64,000 nucleotides of DNA from Promethearchaeota archaeon (GCA_048938855.1 JBHLLT010000005.1:32001-96000), one strand, 5' to 3'; positions 9,661-18,797 are shown, counted from the stretch's first letter. Notes: generated by a model from the sequence alone, not told the origin. A program made the numbers and translations.

Positions 9661-10776
9661 TCACCGCTTTTTAGTTTGTGCTAATTCTGCTTTTGCATTC
9701 ATAATCGCTATGTAAGTTTCCTTTGTGTTCGATGGTGGTATTACTTCTAACTCGTTCTTTACTAATTTTATCGCATCTTCGGGACATGTAGGAATGCATA
9801 CTCCACACCCAATACATCTCTCTAAATTTATTTGACTTAAATCCTCAATTATGGATATCGCATCCATATTACATCTCTCCTCACAAGTTCCACATCCTAA
9901 ACATAAATCACTATCAATAGTTGCATGGAAATTAGTTGCAAAAAGTCTAGCAGGGTTATCAAAACGTTTTTGATTTGTTAATACTTCACAACAGCAACCA
10001 CAACAATTACATATTACAAAAGGTTTTTGAGAATTTGATGGTTGAGGTACTAAGCCAACTTCTTCAAACTCCCTTATTAATTCATAGGCTTTTTCTTTTG
10101 AAATGAACTCCGCTTCTCCTTTTTCATAGAATGTTTTAGCGGCAGATCCAAATGTCATACATGTTTTTCTGAGATCTGTTTTTTTACAAGGATCATCAAT
10201 CATATCATGGGCTTTACGACAAATACAATCCATTATACCAATATAGCTGGACATGTCAATTATTTCTCGAATCTGATCGTATGAGGCAATATTCATATCA
10301 ACAAGAACAGCTTTTTCAACTGGGATAGTGCGCAGTTGAGGAATACCTGAGATGTTATATTCCTTTTCAAAATAAGCTTCTTTGAAATACTGAAAGACAT
10401 TAGTTATCAATTCTGGAGTAAGACGACCTAATTGGAATTCATATATGCCAGGAACAAAAGGAGCCAGCAAAAATAATTTTTCACCATTATTCAACGCCCT
10501 TATAATAGTACCTTTTTCATACATCTTTTCTAATTTATTTTCTAATTCTTCTAAAGATAGATCTTTATTCCTTAATTTCCGATGAACTTTTTTTAGCTGC
10601 TGTGGTGTAAAGTTGAGCTTCATAGCCAATTGCGCTTCTTCTTCAGTAAATAACAATTTTAATATTTCAATTTCAACTCCGGAATTAGAAGTTGGAAGTC
10701 CTACAGGCATTTTATTAATATAATCTAACAATTCAAAATAAATACTATTAGATTCACTCATTTTGTATATCACCAT
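9661..10776 (-). CDS. 4Fe-4S dicluster protein with N-terminal winged helix
   Basis: LFTEEEAQLA wHTH, CICR, ICNCCGCCC, two CxxCxxCxxxC; start probably MSES after GGTGA. Confidence 0.85.
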   Translation of the reverse strand: MVIYKMSESNSIYFELLDYINKMPVGLPTSNSGVEIEILKLLFTEEEAQLAMKLNFTPQQLKKVHRKLRNKDLSLEELENKLEKMYEKGTIIRALNNGEKLFLLAPFVPGIYEFQLGRLTPELITNVFQYFKEAYFEKEYNISGIPQLRTIPVEKAVLVDMNIASYDQIREIIDMSSYIGIMDCICRKAHDMIDDPCKKTDLRKTCMTFGSAAKTFYEKGEAEFISKEKAYELIREFEEVGLVPQPSNSQKPFVICNCCGCCCEVLTNQKRFDNPARLFATNFHATIDSDLCLGCGTCEERCNMDAISIIEDLSQINLERCIGCGVCIPTCPEDAIKLVKNELEVIPPSNTKETYIAIMNAKAELAQTKKR

Positions 10777-10785
10777 TTTATGAAT

Positions 10786-10844
10786 TATATAAAAAGCTCT
10801 TTATAATCGTTAATCGATCAAAAACAACTAAATTTAAGTTGTAA
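10786..10844 (-). promoter_or_regulatory. TATA plus palindromic operator ACAACT-N7-AGTTGT (copy A)
   Basis: 50/59 identical to 12935-12993 without gaps; same TATA-to-operator spacing. Confidence 0.8.
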
Positions 10845-10923
10845 TTCGATTGCTTTTTCTCTCAGAAAAGAAATTTTATTGTTCAATAACCTTAATGATT
10901 TACAATAAGAAATTGAAAAAAAA

Positions 10924-11265
10924 TTATAATTTATCAAGTTTTTGCAATTTTAGCATTTCAGGCATGGTAGCTTTTAATTTTATTTTCTTTTGCTGGTATG
11001 CCTTAAAACCCGATATTTCTTTTTTTGCCAAAGCTATAAATGTTTCTGTACTCATTATATATTCAATATCTGGGTTCTCAATTTTTCCTTCGACAACAGG
11101 TCCAGGTTGGCCATTGACAAGTTTGAGGTTATAATACTCATCTATGTCAGTAAAATGATATTGCAAGATTTTATTCCAATTCTTAAAACTTTTAACAACT
11201 TTCTCATGAGTATATTTCTTGGATTGCTCATCAAGATATTTTAATAATTCTTCTTTATCAACCAT
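10924..11265 (-). CDS. SCP2 sterol/lipid-binding domain protein
   Basis: LQYHFTD..EGKIENPDIEYIMSTETFIALAKKEISGFKAYQQKKIKLK fits SCP2. Confidence 0.8.
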   Translation of the reverse strand: MVDKEELLKYLDEQSKKYTHEKVVKSFKNWNKILQYHFTDIDEYYNLKLVNGQPGPVVEGKIENPDIEYIMSTETFIALAKKEISGFKAYQQKKIKLKATMPEMLKLQKLDKL

Positions 11266-11298
11266 TCAAAGCACCATAATTACATTAATTGAAATTGA

Positions 11299-11559
11299 TC
11301 ATCCATAAGTAAATTTCACGCCTGTACCACCAACAGGTTCACCAAAAATAACAGCATCAACTTCGCATACATTCCAACAAGCACCGCATTCTACACATTG
11401 TTTTAGATTTGAAGGTCGATAAACATTACCATCCTGTTGCCATACATCACGAGTACAAAACTTAGCGCACAAACCGCAACCTGTGCATTTCTCTTCATCG
11501 ACTTTTATAAATTCTCCCGTGTCACCGGGATAATAATCTACAATCATTTCTATCTTCAT
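11299..11559 (-). CDS. FixX-like ferredoxin
   Basis: Two Fe-S motifs and C-terminal PVGGTGVKFTYG typical of FixX; overlaps the FixC-like stop. Confidence 0.85.
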   Translation of the reverse strand: MKIEMIVDYYPGDTGEFIKVDEEKCTGCGLCAKFCTRDVWQQDGNVYRPSNLKQCVECGACWNVCEVDAVIFGEPVGGTGVKFTYG

Positions 11560-12881
11560 TTTGATCGCCTCTTTTCATAGATATCGTTGAAATCTGTTCC
11601 AACTTGCCTATAAGGTTGAATAAACTCGAGAAAATCGTATGCTTCTGTTACAAGGTCCATATCATCTTCTTCTGCTCCTGTAATCCACTTATTATGTATA
11701 ACATTTGTAATGAAACCTCCAGAAATTACGACGTTTTGTATCATTTCTGATATTTCTTTATCGGTTTTTGATAAAATCGATTCTTTGTTCATTTGTCCAA
11801 CATAATGAAAAGACTGCATGAAGGTATTTTGCTCCAGTAATTCTTCATATGTTTCGCTTAGTTTTTGTTCAGACAAATTTTTGGTTTCAATTGCCTCTTT
11901 AGCTGCTTTTGCAGCATAGATCCCAGTAAAAAATGCTTCTGGCATCCCTTCGCCCAAAAAGGGTATAACAAATCCTCCAGCTTCGCCAGTTAAAATAAGA
12001 CCATTTTTAACTCTCTTTTCTAAGGGCTCATCATATTCTAAATGGAGCCCCCACGCAACAATTTTTCCTCCCTCGAGTTTTTTCTTTACGATTGGTAGAT
12101 TAAGAAAATTCTCCATATATGTATTTACGGATGGGAAATTTGCATTGAGAAGATTTTGATCCATATATCCCCCTGTTCCTATCGTCACTACTTCTCTTTT
12201 AGGAAATATCCAAGGCCATGTCTTGTATTGTATCCCGGGCGCGAGATAATATTCAATACAATCACCAAAACGTTCATCTATCACTTCTTTGCCTAAATGA
12301 ACAGCAACAGTAACATATAAGATCATATTTGTTCCAGATCTTTTCGTTATTAATCCCGCTTTTCTACCAACTATTGAATTAACACCCCCAGCATCAATAA
12401 CTACTTTACAGTAAAATTTTTCTCCAGAATCGGTCACCACCCCTTTAATATATCCATCTTCTTCTATTATATCTACAATGGTTGTCCCTAATTTTACTTC
12501 TGCCCCTGCTTTCTCAGCTTGTTCCGTGTGCCATGCATCAAAATGATCTCTGCGTACAGACAATAAGAGAATTCCTCCCGTAGGAATTTCATGGATTGTA
12601 GTTGATCGATCTTCAGTAATATGATGCATTCTAATTTCACTTATTTCTCTCTCAACTGGACCTTCCATAATATAGTGTAAATCTGGGTCAATTAAAGCAG
12701 CCGCATTTAAACAGGTTCCCGAGACATTTTTTTCTCCAGGAACTTGAGATTTTTCAAGTAATAAAACTTTCAATCCCAGTTCCGCAGCTTTTTTTGCAGC
12801 AGCAGGACCGGCACATCCTGCACCAATAACGAGGCAATCATATTCATTTTTATTCATCTTAATATTCATCCTTCCTTGCAA
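11556..12881 (-). CDS. FAD-dependent oxidoreductase, FixC/geranylgeranyl-reductase family
   Basis: GAGCAG, EKSQVPGEKNVSG, RRDHFDAW, DAGGVNS, WIFPK, GEAGGF..GEGM. Confidence 0.85.
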   Translation of the reverse strand: MQGRMNIKMNKNEYDCLVIGAGCAGPAAAKKAAELGLKVLLLEKSQVPGEKNVSGTCLNAAALIDPDLHYIMEGPVEREISEIRMHHITEDRSTTIHEIPTGGILLLSVRRDHFDAWHTEQAEKAGAEVKLGTTIVDIIEEDGYIKGVVTDSGEKFYCKVVIDAGGVNSIVGRKAGLITKRSGTNMILYVTVAVHLGKEVIDERFGDCIEYYLAPGIQYKTWPWIFPKREVVTIGTGGYMDQNLLNANFPSVNTYMENFLNLPIVKKKLEGGKIVAWGLHLEYDEPLEKRVKNGLILTGEAGGFVIPFLGEGMPEAFFTGIYAAKAAKEAIETKNLSEQKLSETYEELLEQNTFMQSFHYVGQMNKESILSKTDKEISEMIQNVVISGGFITNVIHNKWITGAEEDDMDLVTEAYDFLEFIQPYRQVGTDFNDIYEKRRSK

Positions 12882-12934
12882 TAAAATAATTATCAGAAAC
12901 TACTTTCACTTTTAAATTTTGTATGAGATTCCGA

Positions 12935-12993
12935 TATATAAGAATCTCTATGTAATGATTAATTGATCAAAAACAACTAGATTTAAGTTATAA
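12935..12993 (-). promoter_or_regulatory. TATA plus palindromic operator ACAACT-N7-AGTTAT (copy B), just upstream of divergent trmB
   Basis: Near-duplicate of 10786-10844. Confidence 0.8.
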
Positions 12994-13009
12994 ATCATAT
13001 TGATGAATA

Positions 13010-13921
13010 TTGATGTCTGATTTCTTATTAGAAGATTTAAAAGAATTTTTGAATGATGCAAATCTCTCGACCTATGAAGTTAATGCGTATATTGCTCTTC
13101 TAACATCCTCAAGAATGAATCTTCCATCTGCTAGAGAAATTTCTTCAGAATCAGGCGTACCAAGTGGTAGAATTTATGAAGTTTTGGAAGAATTAAATAC
13201 TAAGGGACTAATCGAAATCGTTGAATCACGTCCAAAAAAATATAAGGCTTATTCTCTGAATAAAGGTTTAGATAATTTAATTAAATACCAATCAACTGAA
13301 ACTAAAAGAAAAATTGATCATCTTCACAATCGAGCAAAATTACTTGAATCAGAATTGTATAAAGCTGAGGTTTTTATTCACAAAGAGCCTTCGAAGATAT
13401 TTTGGTCCACAGCTTTCGGTACTCAATCAATTCTCTCTTTATATGCAAAATATATTAATGAAGCGAAAGAAGAGATCATTTTTAATGAATTTATCAATAA
13501 AAGCACCTTGAAAGTATTACCATTTGGAAAAGTAATTTATGAGCCCATGAGAAAAGCAGTCGAACGAGGTGTAACCGTTAAGGATCTTTGGTCTTTCGAG
13601 TATGATGAACGTCCATTATCTAAAGAAGAACAGATTCAAAATGCTAACATATTTAAAGAAATTATTAAAATTCAAGAAGATCTTTATGATCTATCCCCTA
13701 AATTACCAGGATTTAAAATGAAATATATCTTTCATAGAACTCCAACTTATTTTGATATATTTGATAAAAGGAGAATTGTTTTTAAGCTGCAAAATCCTCT
13801 TAAGCCATACCAGATTTTTGCTACCATGAATGTGGTAGATCCTATTTTAGCTAAGGATCTAAGAGCTAAATACCTCCAAATGTGGACCTTTGATGCACTT
13901 GACGCAGAAGGGTTTCTATAA
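13010..13921 (+). CDS. TrmB-family transcriptional regulator
   Basis: LSTYEVNAYIALL..AREISSESGVPSGRIYEVLEELNTKGLIE..RPKKY, plus C-terminal effector domain. Confidence 0.9.
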   Translation: MMSDFLLEDLKEFLNDANLSTYEVNAYIALLTSSRMNLPSAREISSESGVPSGRIYEVLEELNTKGLIEIVESRPKKYKAYSLNKGLDNLIKYQSTETKRKIDHLHNRAKLLESELYKAEVFIHKEPSKIFWSTAFGTQSILSLYAKYINEAKEEIIFNEFINKSTLKVLPFGKVIYEPMRKAVERGVTVKDLWSFEYDERPLSKEEQIQNANIFKEIIKIQEDLYDLSPKLPGFKMKYIFHRTPTYFDIFDKRRIVFKLQNPLKPYQIFATMNVVDPILAKDLRAKYLQMWTFDALDAEGFL

Positions 13922-14149
13922 TTCCCACGCGGAATGTCGTAAAATTGCACCTGTTGGGCACACATCTTGGCAAGCCATACAATCAGTGCATTCCCCAATA
14001 TTTTCTGCAATTACTTTCCCATCTACTAATTCATAAACTTCAACTGGACACGAATTAATACAATCTTCAGCTCCAATGCATTTATCCAAGTCAATCTCAA
14101 CCCAATGATCTTCTTCCTCCCACTTTTTAATATCAGTCATTAAAAACAC
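13916..14149 (-). CDS. Ferredoxin
   Basis: CIGAEDCINSCP and CTDCMACQDVCP. Confidence 0.9.
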   Translation of the reverse strand: MFLMTDIKKWEEEDHWVEIDLDKCIGAEDCINSCPVEVYELVDGKVIAENIGECTDCMACQDVCPTGAILRHSAWEL

Positions 14150-14299
14150 AACTCCTACAATAATATTGTTAAATCTATTATATGGTTTATTTAATTAAGT
14201 CTAACTAAAAGTTATAAATCTAATTGTTATAAAAATATTTATATTTGTACAATAAGTTCATAATAATAGACTAGTAAGATATTAAAGGCAATTAATAGA

Positions 14300-15055
14300 T
14301 TAATTGACCTTTTGAATCTTATCTCTCAATTCTAATACTCTTTCAGGTAAATTCGAAAAGATAGCATCGACGTATTCTCCATTATATTTCATATTAAGGA
14401 AATTGTTTATTGACCTTTCAAACAAGATACCCCATATATAAAACTTAAAACCCATATCTTTAACTTTCCTAAATAAATCGTAATTTGCGTAATTAAAATT
14501 AACATTAATTCCTTGGACATTAAGCTTTCTCATATTCTCTAATTCTAAGTGCTCCTCTTTAATATTTGTATGCTTTAAGAAAATAGAATTAACTAATGTA
14601 ACATTCTGATTAAACTCTCTAATCTTAGAAAAGATAGTTGGAAGAGGGTGGGGGTATGTGGAAGGTTTTGCAATTTCTATTTTATTACCTAAATTAAATT
14701 TTTCAGCAAGTTCAATTATTTTTATGCCTACTTCGGGTTCAATTATGTCAAAGTGATACTTTATATTATATTCTTTAAATTCCTTGAAAACTTCACGAAG
14801 AGTTGGGATTGTCTCACCATTCTCTAATTTAAACCCTTTAATCTCTTCGATTGTTAACTCACTCATTCGAACATCGTTTCCATTTCTTTTAAGACTTTCA
14901 TAAAAACTTAGAACTATTTCTCCCTCTTTTGATAATTTAGCCTCTGTTTTTAAACCATCGACGCCCATCTCTATTGCATTCTGAAATGAAGAGAGGGTGT
15001 TTTGTACACCTGTAAATCCAGCACCTCTATGACCCCAAATAAATGTTTTATGCAA
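14300..15055 (-). CDS. Glycerophosphodiester phosphodiesterase family protein (degenerate active site)
   Basis: GHRGA, QNTLSSFQNAIEMGVDG, IPTLREV, VDAIFSNLPE; usual ExD and second His appear as KTE and Y. Confidence 0.8.
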   Translation of the reverse strand: MHKTFIWGHRGAGFTGVQNTLSSFQNAIEMGVDGLKTEAKLSKEGEIVLSFYESLKRNGNDVRMSELTIEEIKGFKLENGETIPTLREVFKEFKEYNIKYHFDIIEPEVGIKIIELAEKFNLGNKIEIAKPSTYPHPLPTIFSKIREFNQNVTLVNSIFLKHTNIKEEHLELENMRKLNVQGINVNFNYANYDLFRKVKDMGFKFYIWGILFERSINNFLNMKYNGEYVDAIFSNLPERVLELRDKIQKVN

Positions 15056-15587
15056 CAGTTAACACCTCCTGTTCTTTACTAATTTCTAAACCTAATTTAA
15101 GTAAATCAAAATAAACTACACCATATTGTAAATCGCCCTCAAATTTAAGATTCCCTGCAAAAAACTCACTAAAAGCATCTGCATTTCCAAGAAGAATTTG
15201 ATTCATTGTCTTTTGAGGACAGGTTATAAAGATATTTGCCCCTTCTATTTCGCCTTTCCCACACTTAAATTCTCCTTCGCCAAAAACAACCCAATAATTA
15301 AAGTCTGAATTGAACAATTTTGTTTGAACAATATTTTTTTTTAAAAAACCCAACTCTCCAAAAAATTCATCGTTTTCGCTGGCTAAATTCTCAAGAATTT
15401 TGTTAGATTCCATAATTCTTTTATTAACACAGCAGTTCTCACAAATAAATTCACTTAATGAAATAATTCCACAATTATCCATGTAACATTCCCACTGATT
15501 TGTTTCATGGTTAACGGTAATACTATATCCGCATTGCAATGGCAGAGTCTCTACTACTTTACCACATCTACTACATGTTAAACTCAT
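15048..15587 (-). CDS. Cys-rich Zn-finger fused to SCP2 domain
   Basis: 8 Cys in first 53 aa; C-terminal GEIEGANIFIT..ILLGNADAFSEFFAGNLKFEGDL is SCP2-like. Confidence 0.75.
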   Translation of the reverse strand: MSLTCSRCGKVVETLPLQCGYSITVNHETNQWECYMDNCGIISLSEFICENCCVNKRIMESNKILENLASENDEFFGELGFLKKNIVQTKLFNSDFNYWVVFGEGEFKCGKGEIEGANIFITCPQKTMNQILLGNADAFSEFFAGNLKFEGDLQYGVVYFDLLKLGLEISKEQEVLTVA

Positions 15588-15925
15588 TTTAATATCACCA
15601 TTTTAGTATAAATTTCATATAGATTCCACTAATAACTTAAGTTATTAAGTATCATCATTATTTTTTAAGTAGAAAAGAAAGAAAACGATAATTTTCCTAA
15701 CGTCTTTTGTGAAAATATTTTATAAGATATTATTATGAATAAAAAATGGTATGATTTTAGCTCTAACGCCCCATTAAATACTTAAATTAAAAAAGTAAGT
15801 ATTGTTCAATAGACAAATGTACATTTAAATACTTGATACGTTATTATTAGCATGAAATTTAATGCTGCACCATTACAAACTAATTATTAAATTTTAATTT
15901 AAATAGGAATGAAGGGTGATTAAAA

Positions 15926-16384
15926 ATTTCAGGTGAATTAACCCGAATTAGAAGAAACTATACAAATTGGGATAGTTGGTTAGGTATCGCTTACATTATT
16001 CTTGGAATAATAGATGTCATCTTTATCTTATTTGGAATCATATATAATTTCCTGCTATATCAAATCTTATCATATGTTTTCACTATTACAATTTCCATAC
16101 TCGTCTATCTTTTCCTTAAAGGAAGAATTTCATTCAAAAAGAAATCTACAGAATACAACCTATTAACAAAGCAACAAATTTACAACTATTTAAAAACAAA
16201 TGCTACAAATACTTATACCGCAGAAATGATACTGATAGATCTAAAAGAAAACATACATGACAAGGCATTTAAAAGGTTTGTAATCAAGCATTATCATTAC
16301 ATCCTAGCAGAAATGCTTACAGATAAACTAATTGAAACTACTAAAAGAAATGGACTAGAACTCTATTTTTTCCCAAGCTCATAA
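15926..16384 (+). CDS. Uncalled 152-aa membrane protein (2 TM plus probable winged helix), putative ATT start
   Basis: Hand-read open frame ISGELTRIRR..WLGIAYIILGIIDVIFILFGII..QQIYNYLKTN..LYFFPSS; GGTGA SD 6 nt before ATT; in-frame TGA immediately upstream. Confidence 0.7.
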   Translation: MSGELTRIRRNYTNWDSWLGIAYIILGIIDVIFILFGIIYNFLLYQILSYVFTITISILVYLFLKGRISFKKKSTEYNLLTKQQIYNYLKTNATNTYTAEMILIDLKENIHDKAFKRFVIKHYHYILAEMLTDKLIETTKRNGLELYFFPSS

Positions 16385-16613
16385 TAATTTTTTTTTCTTT
16401 TTTTGTAAATCAATACCTGAATCATACAACTTTTATATATCTTTAAATTGCCAAAAGCGGGGAAAAAAACAAAAACTTATACCAGCATCAGATATAATAC
16501 CTAAAAGTATTTGTCCCTATTGGGGTAAATCAATTTCACTTAACGCTAGCTTTTGTAGTAAGTATGGCAAAATTATCAAAAATAATATTCCATGAGAGAA
16601 TATTTATTTAATT

Positions 16614-16832
16614 GATCAATATACTATAATCCGTGATTGATTTCGCCATTGATGATCATTTTGCTATATTTAATTTTACAATTATTGACATTCAATCAAG
16701 TATATTTTCTATATGTGACTACTTACCAAAATTAATCTAGATTGATATCGGCGATGAATGATCATCTCCATTATCTCTATATTTACAATTAGTCATATAG
16801 ATTATCTAAAACGATCATATTTATATACGATC
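16614..16832. promoter_or_regulatory. Second GATC-enriched upstream tract (5 YGATCA sites)
   Basis: GATC at 16614, 16654, 16760, 16813, 16829; the last two are direct repeats acgatcat flanking a TTTATATA box. Confidence 0.5.
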
Positions 16833-16866
16833 ATTTACATAAGTTACTTGAGGTGAGTAAGTTATT

Positions 16867-17133
16867 ATGAACAGTTTAAAATCGAAAGAAAAAGCAGTCA
16901 AAAATTTTGAAAATATAAAAGACGCCTTAAGAGGTTTATATGACATTTTGGATCTAACTCTGAGTGATAATGAATTTTATTATGAGGCGGGGAAGGACAA
17001 TATTACCGCAGTGTATAAGAATCTTATCGAGCTATTGTTGAATGAGTATGGACTCAGGAATCTTTTAAAGAAGATCCAAAACTCTGAAGTTGAATTAAAC
17101 ATTGTACTGAACGAGTTTTTAGCAAATGCGTAA
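16867..17133 (+). CDS. Hypothetical helical protein, 88 aa
   Basis: Strong SD GAGGTGA, clean ORF, no recognised motif. Confidence 0.75.
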   Translation: MNSLKSKEKAVKNFENIKDALRGLYDILDLTLSDNEFYYEAGKDNITAVYKNLIELLLNEYGLRNLLKKIQNSEVELNIVLNEFLANA

Positions 17134-17206
17134 GAACTCTTATTTCGAATTTTAATTTTTCTTACAAACTAATATTAATGAACTAAACTAAACACGCAAT
17201 TTTACC

Positions 17207-17283
17207 ATCAGTTCCCTGTGCGTAAGCTTTGAGTACTCACCTCACACACTCATTCTATTCAAGGTTTTGTCAGGGAACTGATC
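17207..17283 (-). repeat. 45-bp conserved element copy 2 (17239-17283) inside a 76-nt hairpin
   Basis: Inverted copy of 9099-9143; 12-bp terminal inverted repeat atcagttccctg/cagggaactgat; inner palindrome tgagtactca. Confidence 0.88.
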
Positions 17284-17430
17284 TTTTCTCTTTTAAATTT
17301 ACATCACGGCTGAAAAAATTAACAGATAGAAGTTTCAAAATATATCAGAAAGTTCATTTAAATTTAAAAAAAAATCTCGATTTTTACTGATTTAGTAAAA
17401 TTTTCTAATGTTCCCTCCAATAAGAAATCA

Positions 17431-17485
17431 ACCCTCCTTTTTGAGAAAGGGTCTCTCTTTAAAAAAAAAAAAATAAAAAAAAAAA
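17431..17485 (-). terminator. Long T-tract (T11-A-T13 on minus strand) plus small hairpin after the surface-protein gene
   Basis: A-run 17461-17485; accct..agggt stem 17431-17452; archaeal terminators are oligo-T. Confidence 0.5.
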
Positions 17486-17566
17486 GAATTTAGGAATGAA
17501 GTAAATATGAAATTAATGTTCCAATAATGCATTTACTTTTAACGCTAGTTTTAACCATTAAACCTC

Positions 17567-18082
17567 CTAAAAATGTATCAATTTTATTATATCGGTACCT
17601 TCAAAACCTTTACCATCAATCAATTCTCCAGTAATGGTTATAGTACAGAATCCTAGGGACGGAAGTACATTTTTAACTGAAGCTCTGTTAAATTTGACCA
17701 TTAATTCTAAATGATTATTGAATTCAAGAATTTCAGATTTTGGCTCAGCAGGTATTAATTCATTTAGTAAAACCGAGTCCAGAACTATATTATTAACATC
17801 ATATCCCATGCTTAATGAAATATATACAGTGATCCATTTACCTTTACTTTTAAAGTTTAATGCATCTGGATCAACGTTAATATTTGCTTGTATGGGATCA
17901 CCAGGTTTTTCTTCACCTGGTTTTTCCTCACCAGGAACATTGTCAGGTTTAGTACCATCAAAAGTATTATCTTTTGAATATTGTGCTTCTCCTAAGAATA
18001 TGCCCAAACATGCTGGAAATCCTATCCCCAACCCTATAATAATTAACCCCGAAATTATTTTTTTCATAAAACTCACTAACAA
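17567..18082 (-). CDS. Membrane-anchored or secreted protein with PGEEK linker and archaeal surface-protein beta domain
   Basis: N-terminal hydrophobic segment (likely start MKKII); PDALNFKSKGKWITVYI..LMVKFNR..ITITGEL..FEGTD; 15-bp tandem repeat at 17900-17935. Confidence 0.7.
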   Translation of the reverse strand: MLVSFMKKIISGLIIIGLGIGFPACLGIFLGEAQYSKDNTFDGTKPDNVPGEEKPGEEKPGDPIQANINVDPDALNFKSKGKWITVYISLSMGYDVNNIVLDSVLLNELIPAEPKSEILEFNNHLELMVKFNRASVKNVLPSLGFCTITITGELIDGKGFEGTDIIKLIHF

Positions 18083-18410
18083 GTAAAATTAAGGCAAAAT
18101 GCAAATGGTGTTTTACATATATAAATCTATGCTAAAATTTCAATCCATTTGTCATTTTATTCGCGGAAATTAATGGAAAATCGTATTCTAAAAAATTCCT
18201 AATATCTTTTTCCTTTTTTTCCTATGAATTGGGGAAAAATATGTTTACATTTCAGTAAAACTAAATTATAAAAAAATTTTGTAAAATAAAAAAGGCTAAA
18301 TTTATTATAATAATGTATATTTTAAGCGGCAATAGTTTTGATATCTTAATAATCTTAATATCTAATAATCTGAAACATCACTTCCAACTGACTTCTTATT
18401 TGATTATAAA

Positions 18411-18797
18411 CTATTTCCTGTATGTGGGATTTTTGATATCCCTTTCTCTAATCGTCGATACAAGATTATGAAAATTTTCTTTAAAATTTATCAGATTTGA
18501 ATATTCACGAAATTTTAAATAAGGGTTATAAAGAAAACTGACAATCTTGAATCTTCCTTTTCTAGGAAGCCATTTTTTTTCAGAGATCTCATTATAAAGC
18601 CTAAATAAGGCCTGATCTGATTTTAATCCTAATTTTATGGAGGTCATATAGATTCTTACCATTTGAGATTCATTTTCTTTACGTTTTAATAATTTTATTT
18701 GAATTTCAAATTGAATAAAATACGGGGATCTTAGTTTAACAATTAATTTGTCATGTAATAATCCTCTAATCAGAGGAATAGATATTGTTAAAATCAT
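18411..18797 (-). CDS. Hypothetical basic protein
   Basis: 128-aa ORF, no recognised motif. Confidence 0.5.
   Translation of the reverse strand: MILTISIPLIRGLLHDKLIVKLRSPYFIQFEIQIKLLKRKENESQMVRIYMTSIKLGLKSDQALFRLYNEISEKKWLPRKGRFKIVSFLYNPYLKFREYSNLINFKENFHNLVSTIRERDIKNPTYRK

Noticed and set aside
9099-17283. CRISPR array or IS element
   Set aside because: Only two copies, inverted and 8 kb apart; no spacers, cas genes, transposase or target-site duplication
16540-17553. Short shared word ttaacgctag(c/t)ttt near 16540 and 17539
   Set aside because: Too short and AT-rich to distinguish from chance without genome-wide counts
17718-18086. Antisense or alternative-frame ORFs in the track (for example 17718-18086, 24408-24779, 26484-26804, 37097-37456, 8878-9153)
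   Set aside because: They overlap well-supported genes and show shadow-ORF composition with no motifs
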